DNA of 64,000 nt, taken from Octopus sinensis. Taxonomy: Eukaryota. The notes beneath the pieces were generated by a model. That model searched no databases. It had not been told where the DNA came from and saw nothing but the letters and a program-made list of their open reading frames with translations. Below are positions 26,076 through 38,000 of this stretch, one piece after another (the stretch's first letter is position 1; every line of letters begins with the position of its first letter). The stretch spans positions 156,364,001-156,428,000 of the forward strand of contig NC_042999.1 of the NCBI RefSeq assembly GCF_006345805.1, read 5' to 3'. The position numbers were made by a program, and so were the translations under genes.

Positions 26076-26419
26076 GTGGATATATATATATACGTGGATT
26101 AACTGTTGAAGTGGACGGACGTCTATTTGTTTCTCTCCCAAGTCAGTAGCAAGCTACACAGCTTCAAAACTAACTGACCTTAAATATATATATATTTGTA
26201 ACCACGTGTTTGCCTACAAACCCGTAAGTACGTTTTCATTTAACTACAAATTGTTATATACAACTGTTTTTCTTTTAATATCCTCAAACAACCAAATAAT
26301 CAAAAACTCACACCCTTAAGAGAGAACATTTATATATATATATACACTTCTTTAACTCCCAAGAAAGAATATATATATTTTCAAAAATCAAAAGGAAAAC
26401 AAACAAAAGAAAAACAAAC

Positions 26420-27650
26420 ATGACTAACTTGCAGGCCTGCAACAGACGAAATTGGTCTGATAACGAAATTGATGTTTTAATAAACACATGGCTCTCTCTT
26501 TCCCAAACAGAAAATCTAAATGTCTTGTGTTTGAATGAGATTGCCGAAAAAACATCACAAGTGGTCAACACACGATCCGTCAAACAGATTCGTAGCAAGT
26601 TGAAACATATCGAAGTATCTTTCAAACTGATAAGAGGCCATTATGAAAAGCTTCTACATATTTTCACAGTTCAAGAACAACAACAGCTAGAAAATCAGCA
26701 GCCACAACAACAACAACAACAACAGAATGAGCCACTCCTGGTTCCCAGCACAATGGCTGACCCTGACATCGGTCAGGCACAACAACAACAACAACAGCCA
26801 CAGCAACAAGAACAACAACAGCCACTCCTCAACTCTAGCTTACTAGACGATTCACTAAATGCCAGTATCTTTTCACCGCTCTCACAGCAACCACCACAAT
26901 TATCATCATCATCATCACCACCGCTGCCACCATCGTCTTCTATCACCAAAAATACCGACAGAAAACCAAATAAGAAACCACTGCCCTCTTCCCCCACATC
27001 ACCACTCAATACTACTGCAGTAACAAAAACTTAAAGAAACATAGGAAGCAGAATGCGCCCCACACGGCACAAACAAGAAATCCCCAAATATGCCGCTATT
27101 CACTGCGCCAGAGACTCTGCACAAATAGTGACTGCATCTTCACGCATCTACCCGGCACTAGACGCACTACCGGCCAAGGCCAAAGCACGCATCCCACAAT
27201 AACATCAACACCACCAAATAGTAAATCGAAATTCAAAACACACACACTCGGAGTCCCAAAATCTGCCGGTATTCCCAACGTGAGAGAACATGTCTACTGA
27301 GTGACTGTCCCTTCACTCATCTTCCAGGGACCCGACGCACAAACAGAAACGGGGCCTCAAGCCAACACACAAACCTGAATAACAATAAAAATAGAAACAC
27401 ACCATGCTGCAGTAATGCTGGTCCAGTCTTTTCAGGAAGACACAAAAACAACAACAACAAAAGTGGAAACTACAACCCTATCCAACAGTGCAACCACACC
27501 TCCAGCCAAAAACTGCTCCCTAAGCAGGAAAATTCTTTTTTAGCCATGTTGAACATGGCAAAAGAGATACACAAAAACATTCTAGCCATCACTCAACACC
27601 ATCCTATGCTATTACCCCAGTGCACCAATTCCCCACATTGCTGCCACTAA
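26420..27650 (+). pseudogene. LINE ORF1 (two single-base frameshifts): Myb/SANT-like N-terminus, polyQ/Pro-Ser linker, two CCCH zinc fingers
   Basis: NWSDNEIDVLINTW..IAEK..RSVKQIRSKLKHI; ICRYSLRQRLCTNSDCIFTH (27091-27147); ICRYSQRERTCLLSDCPFTH (27264-27320); ends ..SFLAMLNMAKEI..CCH* at 27650. Confidence 0.7.
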
Positions 27651-30559
27651 CACACACAAAAAAATCCAAGCCCCCTGCAACAGTCAAAACCAGCCACTAC
27701 ACTAACCTCCACATTCCTACTCAATGCACAAGGTGTCAGCCCTTCCATCAATGCACAAAAATGGAAGGTCCAATTCATTGAAGACTGGGTTGGTAACCAT
27801 TCACACCACATCCCTTTCTTCATTCTCACTGAGACCCACCTTGACAACTCCCACTTGGAAGCCGAAGTGAGAGTGAAGAATTTCACAACCATCCGCGCGG
27901 ATCGTATCGGCAGGAGGAAGGGTGGAACTGCCATTTTCCTGCATGATTCATTTACGGCAGATGGAAATAGTATATTCTCCAACGGCTACTGTGAATCAGT
28001 CACCGTGCACAACAAAGCCAATGACCTGACAGTAATTGGGCTCTATAGGCCGCCCCAAACACCCATACTGTGCTTTAAAGAATGCCTCAACAGCATTAAG
28101 TGCTTTATTCAACAGTGCCATTCTAGCAACATACTCATGATGGGAGACTTCAATCTACCCTGTGTTGACTGGACTACAAACTGTTTGAAACCAAGCACTC
28201 CCGCCTCAACCGCTGACAAAGAAGCAGCAGAGTCACTTTTCGACTTTACGAATGAGTTTTTCTTGTCCCAACTTGTCCTTGCACCAACAAGACATCAGAA
28301 CATTTTGGACCTAGTGTTTAGTAACCACACTAACACTATACATAACGTTACAGTGGAAAAAACCCTTCTTTCAGACCATGACATGGTTCTCTGTAACATG
28401 AAATTCCACCAGCCGAAAGCTAATCCTAGTGACCTTCCTCCAGCCCACCCATTTGACAACATGGATCTCCATAAAGCCAACTGGGATGCAATCAGGAACG
28501 AGCTATCAACCATAAAACATCTTGGCAGATCTTTGTAGACACCGTCACAGACATATGTGCAAAACACTCCCCACCAAGACCTGTGAACAAAAAGTGCAGA
28601 ATCCCCCAAAACAGAAAAACCATTATCAGAAAAATAAAAAGAACAAACAAAAAAATTAACAAACTAAAGTACTGCCAACAGCAACACACACATTCGACGG
28701 CTATCGCACTGCTTGAATCCAAAAAATATAACCTCCAACAATGCATGAAGACCCTCATCAATAACCAAAGATCAGCTGAGGAGAAGTGGGCCATTGAAAA
28801 AATCAAACTCAACCCCAAAGTGTTCTTTTCATTTGCGAGGAAACGCAGGGTCACTGTCTCCACTGTAGGCCCTCTAATTGACGAAACTGGCACTCTCCAA
28901 GATAATGCCAAATCCATGGCCGAGATACTGCAGAAACAATACTGCTCTGTTTTCAGCAATCCTGATATGGCCGATCTGGGCTGTATCAGTGATGTCAACC
29001 CCCAACACACTATATCGGACATAACGTTTAGTGCCCCTGATGTCTTAGCGGCGATAAACGAAATAAAACACAATTCAGCAGTAGGCCCCGATAGATTCCC
29101 TGCTTGTGTCCTGAAGGTGTGTCGACACCAACTTGCATCTCCCCTTGCTAATCTGTGGAGAAACTCACTGGATGCTGGCTATATTCCAAAAAACCTTCTG
29201 TCCCAGTCTGTTGTCCCAGTTTTCAAAAAGGGAAACAAGTCCCTTGCAGTGAATTACCGCCCGATCTCACTCACCTCTCATATCATCAAGGTATTTGAGA
29301 GGGTGGTGAGATCTCGAATAACCCAATTTCTGGAAAGCAACAGACGGCTGATCTCCAACCAGCATGGGTTCCGTAATGGAAGGGACTGCCTAACGCAGCT
29401 CCTGCATCACCTTGAGGACATTTTGAGAGCTTTGGGAGAGGGCTCCAACACCGATGTCATCTACCTTGATTTCAGTAAGGCCTTCGACAGGGTCGATCAC
29501 AAGATCCTATTGAAAAAACTATCCAACATTGGTGTCTCTGGAAAGTTACTGAAATGGATTAAGTGTTTCCTGACAGACAGATCTCAACATGTTGTAGTTG
29601 AAGGGGTAAAATCAAGCCCAGCCAAAGTCAGTAGTGGCGTTCCGCAAGGCACTGTGCTGGGCCCACTTCTTTTCATCATTTACATTAATGACATTAATGA
29701 CATCATCAAGCACAGCAACATAAAAATCTTTGCAGATGACTCCAAGCTACAGAAGGTCATAAATGAGGCGAGTGACCGGACATGCCTTCAATCAGATCTA
29801 CTGGCTGTTATCCAATGGGCAGAAAAAAACAATATGCTGCTGAACGAGGATAAATTTGAGCTAATCCACTTTGGAAAAGAGGATGCCCTGAAACTCCCAT
29901 ACTCCCTTCCTTCAGGTGAAACTCTCACGGCGTCCAACAACATCAAAGTTGACATGGCCCGCAGAATGTGTTCCTGGATTCTCAGAACTTTCCAGTCGAG
30001 AGATATCCACACCATTATCCTTCTCTTCTCCACTTTTGCCCGACCCCACCTTGAATACTGTTGTCCACTGTGGTCTCCCCACACAATACAAGGTATCATA
30101 AAAGTTGAAGCACCTCAAAGGGCAATCACAAAAAAGATAGATGGCATGACAGGCCTCGACTATTGGGGTCGGCTAGAAAAGCTAAAACTCTATTCTCTCC
30201 AATGTCGTCGTGAGCGCTACATCATCTGCATGATGTGGAAAATATTCCATCAGCATTGCCCAAATGATGTTGGCATCACCTTTAAGGTACATCCAAGGCT
30301 TGGGCCCCGTGCCATCCGCCCAAAACAAAAATCGCACTCTCATCTCATAACAACAATACGGCACAATTATTTCACCTCAATTGGCCCCGCTCTCTTTAAC
30401 ATTACACCAAAACACATTAAAACAGAAACTGACCCTATAGGGTTCAAGAAGTCTTTGGACAGATTCCTTCTAGAAATCCCGGATAAACCCCCTACACCTG
30501 GATATGTCTCCGTAAACAATAACTCTCTACTTGAGTGGGCCATAGTGCCCAAATTCTGA
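27651..30559 (+). pseudogene. LINE ORF2 (AP endonuclease + reverse transcriptase), frameshift near 28520 and in-frame deletion near 29945
   Basis: APE: LLNAQG, LTETHL, GGTAIF, GLYRPP, MGDFNLP, ILDLVFSN, SDHDMV. RT: NYRPISLTS, QHGFR, YLDFSKAFDRVDH, SGVPQGTVLGPLLF, FADDSKL, LEYCCPLWSP, RRERY. Confidence 0.93.
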
Positions 30560-30659
30560 CTTGAAAGACTTCACCAGGTGGTGCTATTAAGTTAGACATG
30601 GCCTGGGCCAATAATGACCGAAACCTATCAAAGTATCAAAGTATCAAAGTATATATATA

Positions 30660-31815
30660 ACGGGAAGCTTTATGAAAATAGACAAAAGACGAAGGCAGGT
30701 GGAAAACAAACGAACAATTGTATTAGTATGGCGCTCAGGAAATATAAATAAAACAAGTCTTTAACGTTTCGAGCCTACGCTCTTCAACAGAAAGATACAC
30801 AGAGAGAAAAAAAAACACAGAAAGAAGGAGAGAAAAAAAATGCGTGCAGTAGCTAACGAATCAACATGGCGATCTGATTTCGGCCAGAGGTCAAAGATCA
30901 AACATGAGACGCGAGAGTGAAATAAGGGGAGATAATAGGGTTGATAATATGGTTGAAGGACCAGCTAATAGTGCGTAGGAGGGGTCTGGACGTGTGTATG
31001 TATAGGGTTGGTGTATGTATTAGTATGTATAAGGGTGTGTGTGTGTGTGTGTATGAGAGAGTATTAGTGCGTAGGATTGGTGTGGACGTGCGTATGTATG
31101 GGGTTGGTGTATGTATTAGTATGTATTAGTATGTATTAGTACGTATTAGTATGTATAAGTGTGTGTGTGTGTATGAGAGAGTATAAGTGCGTATGAGAGG
31201 TCTGGACGTGTGTATGTATAGGGTTGGTGTATGTATTAGTATGTATTAGTACGTATTAGTATGTATTAGTTGGTGTATGTATTAGTATGGCACATCATAT
31301 ATGATGTGATGTGTAAAGTCGTGTGGTGTAGTGTGGAGAGAGGAGAAGAGGGGGAGGAGAGGAGGGGGGAGAGAGAGGAGGAGGAGGAGGGAAGGAGGAA
31401 AGAGGGAGAGGGGGAGAGAGAAGGGGAGTGAGGGAGCAGAGGGAAGGGGAAGAGGGAAGGAGGGAGGGAGAAAGAGGGAAGAAGGGAAAGGGAGTAGGGG
31501 TGAAAGGATGAAGGACTGAAGAAGTAGGGGTCGGGGGGGAAGGTAGGTGAGGAGGGGGGAGAGGGGGAGTTAGATGAGGAGGGGGGGAGAGTTGAGACCA
31601 AATGGCGTATAAGAGCGAAGAGAGAAGATTAATCCTGTTCACGGCGCAAACGGGAATCCGGATGGCCTCTGTGTAAGGACAAACCGAACACAGATAGGTG
31701 TTGCAAGGAGTGACCGGTGGAGCGGAAATGGCGTGAGACCGGTGTGTCGTTCGCAAGGTGGATGTCACGAAGGTGTTCCGCGAACCGGTCAGCCAAGCGG
31801 CGTCCCGTTTGTCAT
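30660..31815 (-). mobile_element. 5'-truncated Penelope-like element: GIY-YIG endonuclease C-terminus, low-complexity 3' UTR and terminal HHR-like motif
   Basis: 31815-31605 translates to (G)[59 protein letters not shown] (one frameshift), the typical PLE GIY-YIG ending. HHR-like motif at 30795-30758. Bounded by (TA)n. Confidence 0.8.
30758..30795 (-). ncRNA. HHR-like motif at PLE terminus (A6->U deviation)
   Basis: UCUUU-CUGUUGA-A-GAGC(GUAG)GCUC-GAAAC-GUU^AAAGA; perfect helices I and II. Confidence 0.55.
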
Positions 31816-31875
31816 ACATATATATATATATATAAATATACCAATACACATGTATGTATGTATCTATGTATATAT

Positions 31876-31935
<60 letters not shown>

Positions 31936-31968
31936 ATATATACATAGATACATACATACATGTGTATT

Positions 31969-32003
<35 letters not shown>

Positions 32004-32152
32004 ATACATTCGAATATATGCATAATACACGCGCGCGCGCGCACGCACAGACATGTGCTTGCAATTGAACGCAAAATGGAAAAAAGTCAGTATGAAAAAG
32101 ACAAGCTTTTTAAAAAAAGTTTTATTAATTTAACTCTTAAAAAGAAAGAAGA

Positions 32153-32186
32153 CTTCATATTTCGAACACTAGTTCTTCATCAGAAG
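32153..32186 (-). ncRNA. Degenerate HHR-like motif
   Basis: CUU-CUGAUGA-A-GAAC(UAGU)GUUC-GAAA-UA-UG-AAG; position 17 is G, so probably non-cleaving. Confidence 0.4.
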
Positions 32187-32521
32187 AAAGCTAGAGAAGT
32201 ACAATAAAGGAAGAGACAAATTGAAACAATGTAGTTGGAGGTGAGAAAAGAATAAAAAGAAAAAGGTAAAGGGCCAGGGAAAAGCCGGTTCTGTGGAAGG
32301 GTTTAAGAGGGGTGGTGGAGGGGTGGAGGGGTGTGCATGAATCTGAGTGTATCGGTGTTTGGGGATGAGCATATGGTGGAGTTGTGTGTATATGTTTTTT
32401 AGAAATGTGTGGATGTGTAAACATGTCAAGTTTGTGAGTATAGTGACCCGGTATAGTGGGATGTGGGCCCTCCGCCAACCTTCCACAGGTTCACTATCGC
32501 CAAGTTTATTTCACTACTTGT

Positions 32522-32595
<74 letters not shown>

Positions 32596-33126
32596 TATCT
32601 GTCTATCTATCTACAATATTCTTTTCTACTCTAGGCACAAGGCCCGAAACTTTTTTTTGGGTGGGGGGCAGTCGATTAAATTGACCTCTGTACGCAACCG
32701 ATACTTAATTTATCGACCCCGAAAAGATGAAAGGCAAAGTCGACCTCGGTGGAATTTGAACTCAGAACGTAAAGACAGACGAAATACTGCTAAGCATTTC
32801 GCCCGGCGTGCTAACGTTTTTGTCAGCTCGCCGCCTTATACAATATTATAAATATTAAAAAGCCAGAAACAAATACACGCCTAAATAAATATAATCACAC
32901 ATGACTTAATACTATTTACGATATAAAAACAATTAACGATTATTTATTTACTTCACAAAGTAAGTTAACCTTACAGCAAGTATCGTGAAAGCGAAAACTT
33001 TCAATATATAACGTACATATATAAGTCGACACACACGTATATCAATATATTCTTTTTTTTTTGCTATATTCCTAGCATTTGAGCAATTAATAGTCGAATA
33101 AACCATGTATAGAATCAACCATCGAT

Positions 33127-33236
33127 TTAAAATATATTCAAGTTTATTCCCTGCTCGAGGAGTTCCTTCTGAATTCGAGCGTCCATCCTTTCATTTTGAG
33201 CGACTGTCATCCATTCTTTCCACGTAGAAACTTTTC
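33127..33236 (-). CDS. SULT copy 1 exon 5 (terminal)
   Basis: tttcag|GA AAA; (G)[35 protein letters not shown]. Confidence 0.9.
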
Positions 33237-35065
33237 CTGAAAAGAGAAAAAGAATAATAATAATAATAATGAAATTATTGTATACAGTGCTCAGGTGCAC
33301 CACAACTTGTCAGAAAGTGCATATAAAGTACATGCAGTAATGTAGAAATGTCTGGAAAGCGAACAGTGTATGAGTCAGATACATACTTGCGTGTGTATGG
33401 AGGGGAGAAAATCAAGTGTAGTGTTGGCGAATCTCAGGAAGCATGGAAGTTTTGAAGGATCCTGTGTTCCGACAACTAACAACTGATGCCGGCAGTTTGT
33501 TCCATGCTTCAGCAACTCTCAGCGTGAAAAAATGTTTCCTGAAGTCATGGGAGCTGTGCTGTTTTCTTACTTTGTAAATATGTCCACGGGTGTTAGATGG
33601 GAGGAGTTTGAAAATAGTAGGTAACCATCGAAGAATTTAGTTGCATCTTTTCTGTTTTCATTGTTACTGTTGTCGTCGGGGGTATTTGCTAGAATATGCA
33701 TATATAATGACGGATACCTTATTTCAGGATGTGTCCCCCCCCACGCGCACACACACACACACACTCCCATTGTTTCTTTCGTTTTTGTCCTTAATATCTA
33801 ACACATTCCCTGGTTCAGTTTCCACTCATTCGTTCTTATTTATGTTATCCTTTACTCGGAAAAGGAATTAAGAGCTAATATCAGAAAGGGCAAACGTGGA
33901 AAAATGGACTAAAACGAAAGAGAAAATATGTATGCCTATGTATATATATATATATATACATAAATGAGGGTGAAAAATTTGATATTAATTTAATAATACC
34001 ATCAATTTAACACGAAGTGGCTTAGCACATAAAAAACCAGGTCGCTCTCTTATATTTATGTATATATATATATATATATAAACACACACGTGCACATACA
34101 TGTACATACACATGCACATACATACACACACATCTATATCTTGAAACTGAAGTTCTCACCTGAACGAAAAAATCCACTGTTATCTTTGAAGTTTATTTTG
34201 AAAACATCTTCTTTAACAGATATTTTCTCCTTTTTCATTCTGTCAAATGTGCACATATCTGCAATATCTTTAATCAGTTGCTCATCAATTTCCTTGCCAA
34301 GAAATTTTGCAATCAATGATACGATTTTCACAAGATCCTGTTCAGAAGAGAATACAGACATATTAGACTTTAAACTTTCACTTTCTCTTCCTTCTTGTCA
34401 TACATTTAATCATTACATATTTGTTACACAGAGAGCTGGCTTGATATCTTGCTTTGTTAATTCTTTATACTTTTTCATTAAATTACCCTTTACTTAATTG
34501 TTCCTGTTGTGGTCGTTAAGCTATTCTAGTACTGACACAAAATATCTCTGAATATTAACACAAGTTAAAAGACGTAAAAGATGGATTTCAGAATTCAAAA
34601 TATGATTTAGTATTCCATTTTATAGCTGGTTTAACTCTTTTGCTACACTCGTCGGCCTGAGCTGAGAAAATAGTTTATTTAATGAACTGCATCAAAATAT
34701 TAAAAAAAAACCAACAAAAATACTGATTCTTAAGAGCAGGAATCGTAAAAGATAAATTACTTATAAAGCAATGCATTGTTAGAAATGCTATAGAATGTAC
34801 GATGTGGGTGTTAGGAAAAGAATTAATCAAAGACTTAGAGAAAAGTATTCTCTTTACTCTTTACTCTTTTACTTGTTTCAGTCATTTGACTGCGGCCATG
34901 CTGGAGCACCGCTTTTTAGTCGAGCAAATCGACCCCGGGACTTATTCTTTGTAAGCCCAGTACTTATTCCATCGGTCTCTTTTTCCGAACCGCTAAGTGA
35001 CGGAGACGTAAACACACCAGCATCGGTTGTCAAGCAATGCTAGGGGGACAAACACAGACACACAA

Positions 35066-35096
<31 letters not shown>

Positions 35097-38000
35097 AATA
35101 TATACGACAGGCTTCTTTCAGTTTCCGTCTACCAAATCCACTCACAAGGCTTTGGTCGGCCCGAGGCTATAGTGGAAGACACTTGCCCTAGGTGCCACAC
35201 AGTAGGAATGAACCCGGAACCATGTGGTTGGTTAGCAAGCTACTTACCACACAGCCACTCCTGCGCACTTCGAAAGAATAAAGATCACACAGAATACAAC
35301 GAATCGTTTAGTATTTCAAAAGGAATTAAAGACAAGAGTAATTATTGTGTTCTGTTATAAATGTCAGTAAAATACCGTTGTATTTATGATAGATTTCGTG
35401 ATAGTTTTTTTTAAAATTCTTTTTTGAGTTCAGGTTATTTTTCTGAGTTTGTTAAAGGGGGTTACCTAAAAATCTCATTGGCAGTCGTGATCCAGACTGC
35501 CGTATTACACTCCGTTATATGATAAATCACTGAAAGTAAACGAACTAAGTGAGATTCTCAACTAAGCTTGGTATGGAATATTTAGACTTCTTGTCATTCG
35601 ACCGTCTAACGGCTTGGCCGGTTAGACTCAACCTCCATACACAATAACATTAGTCATAAAAATCGCTGTAGTTAGCCAAAAGAAAACAACGTTGCAGAAA
35701 CCCTTATACTAGTGAAAAAGGAATGATATATGAAAGTAAAGAGAAAAAAGGGATCTTTTCGGTTTGAACGGCAGTTTTTAACATAATTTCTAGGTAACTA
35801 AAAAATTTTAAACTTCGTATACTGGTAGAATGTGTTTATAAAACATCTTTTTCTCTTGGCTTTATTGAGAAAATTCTATAGTTTGTAAGATATTTGTTGT
35901 TTTTTTTCTTCAATTTCTGCTATTTCAACCAATCACTGACGTCCATTGAGGTAAATAACATTCCGTGCCGTATGAATATGTCCCTCGTTTAAGAAACAGA
36001 TTAGGTTTATTTACATTTGTGAAGAAAAAAAAATACCCCCCCCTTAACCCTAACCCTAAAAGAGATTGAAATGCAATAGATCGATACTAGGGTCATAATT
36101 ATGGCTGACAATTTCATATGACACCGCTAGAAAAAAACTGCCGTTCAAACCGAAAAGATCAGAATAAAATAATAAAGAGAAGAATGAGATAGTGGTAAGA
36201 AATAGAAAAAAGAAGATAGCTATGTAACACCTACCTTCGAAGCCTCTTCATATGTTATTATGAGAACATTGGGGTTGTCTTTGATTATTGGCCACCACTG
36301 TCTTGTGTATTCAAAATAATCACCACTGGGGACTGTAACGACCAGAAAATGAAATTTGTTTACAATTAATGTTTACGTTGTGGGACTGTCCATTCTTTTG
36401 AAATTGAAATTTTTTTACTATCCTATAAAAATCATTTACTTTTTATTTATCAAATGTCAATTAATTAATCCAGATTCGTCTATTGGGTTGTAATGACACT
36501 TGTGAAGACTTTTTGTCTTCATATAAGAAATATCTCTTGGACTTAAAGAATCTTTAAGCGCCAGTATTTTGCACCAGTGTATGAGCTGTATAGCCTGTCA
36601 ATGGATTGGATACTTAATTCAGACAGCAATAACAAATTGAGATAAAAACAATTAAGTGTTTTGCCTAAATATACACTGAAACACTAGAAGCGGATGTAGA
36701 TTAAACTCAATGGGATGGTAACCTAATATCATAACCTCTCGGCCATTTTGCTTTTATATTTTGACATAGCGTAACAAAGGCAAGCCATCTTGATTGAGAC
36801 CTCTTTTTCAAAACCGGATATCACTGAAATCACTGTTATAGGAAGCAAAGGAAGCCTAATGATTTAATCGGCCCCGCAAACCATTGGCTGCAGACTTCTC
36901 TTGCTACTATTTACCAGACACATTAAAGATTGCAAAGTAGAAGCATTGCGTTCTCATTCTTTTTGTTGGGAAACATGGAAACTGAAATGTAGAAGAATAG
37001 GGTCTTCGTATATATTTTGTGCTTATCTACACTATTATTTCATTGGCTTTTGCCCTGACAAACTTCAGATGCTGTACTTCTACTCATACATAGTCGTATC
37101 TACATAAAGACATTCCCGCAGGTGCAGCACATACATGAGCATAAACACCCACATACAATGCTTAGCGGTATTTCGTCTGCGTTACGTCGTGAGTTCAAAT
37201 CCCGCTCAACTTTGCCTTTCATCCTTTCGGGGTCGATAAATTAAGTACCAGTTACGCTCTGGGGTCGATGTAATCGACTTAATACCTATGTCTGTCCTTG
37301 TTTGTCCCCTCTGTGTTTAGCCCCTTGTGGGTAATAAAGAAATAGGTATATGCACTCAAGCATACACGTATTCATACTCATACCTATATGCAAACTTTTT
37401 TAAATGACTGGATTAAGAAAGATTATTTCTTACATTTCAACGTCCAAATCCACTTTATTTTTGCATCACAGGAAGCACATTATGCAGGAAAATCCTTATA
37501 ATCGGAAACCAAAATTGATTGGTGAATAATTTAAGTCTTAGTCCGAAAAAATATCATAAATTTATAGCGGAAGATTTTTTAAAAAATTTTATCTAGTTTT
37601 AGCTCACGAGCTGTGGCCATGCTGGGGCACCGCCATTTAGTGTTGCTACATGATTTTACTTCACGAATGCTTTTTAGCAATTGCCATTTGGTGCATGAGA
37701 GAGTTCGATGCAGCTGCCCTCATCTGCACCTCCTGCCGTGAAGTTGGTTCATCTGAGACACCTGACAAGAAGAGATCCAGTTTTATTTTAAAGACATCTG
37801 CATCCACCCCATGCAGGTCTCTTAGGTTCTTCGGGAGGATTTTGAAGAGCTGTGGGCCTCTGAAGCCCAGGCTATCACAGTATCTTGTCCTACATCTTGA
37901 TGGCAAATTTGGAGTCCTTGGCACCACGCAGTGGCGCCCAGTTCTAGTATTTGTGTAACCCTCGATGCCAATATTGTATATTTTTAATGTTTTTCCGAAA

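Larger units (their letters stand above)
26093..30651 (+). mobile_element. Near-full-length but defective CR1/L2-group LINE (ORF1 + APE-RT ORF2 + tandem-repeat tail)
   Basis: 5' UTR, ORF1, APE motifs, RT motifs and a 3' tail of (AAAGTATC)n; flanked by TA repeats. Confidence 0.92.

Noticed and set aside
26420-27034. PolyQ/Myb ORF as a stand-alone host transcription-factor gene
   Set aside because: It is intronless, continues through frameshifts into CCCH fingers and ORF2, and lies inside the LINE boundaries.
27021-27036. Programmed -1 frameshift at ACA AAA ACT TAA
   Set aside because: Not a canonical X XXY YYZ slippery site; a single-A loss in a homopolymer (mutation or sequencing error) is simpler.
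30577-30630. HHR in the LINE 3' UTR (gaccgaaacctatc)
   Set aside because: No CUGANGA or U3-A8 core in register; better explained as the LINE/SINE 3' recognition structure.
30721-30733. 13-mer TATTAGTATGGCG shared between the PLE end and the 362-bp unit
   Set aside because: It has opposite orientation relative to the respective HHRs, and tattagtatg is a local simple-repeat unit (31020-31290); probably coincidental.
31266-31601. Pro/Ser-rich and Arg/Glu/Gly-rich ORFs
   Set aside because: Purine/pyrimidine low-complexity tract within the PLE 3' UTR.
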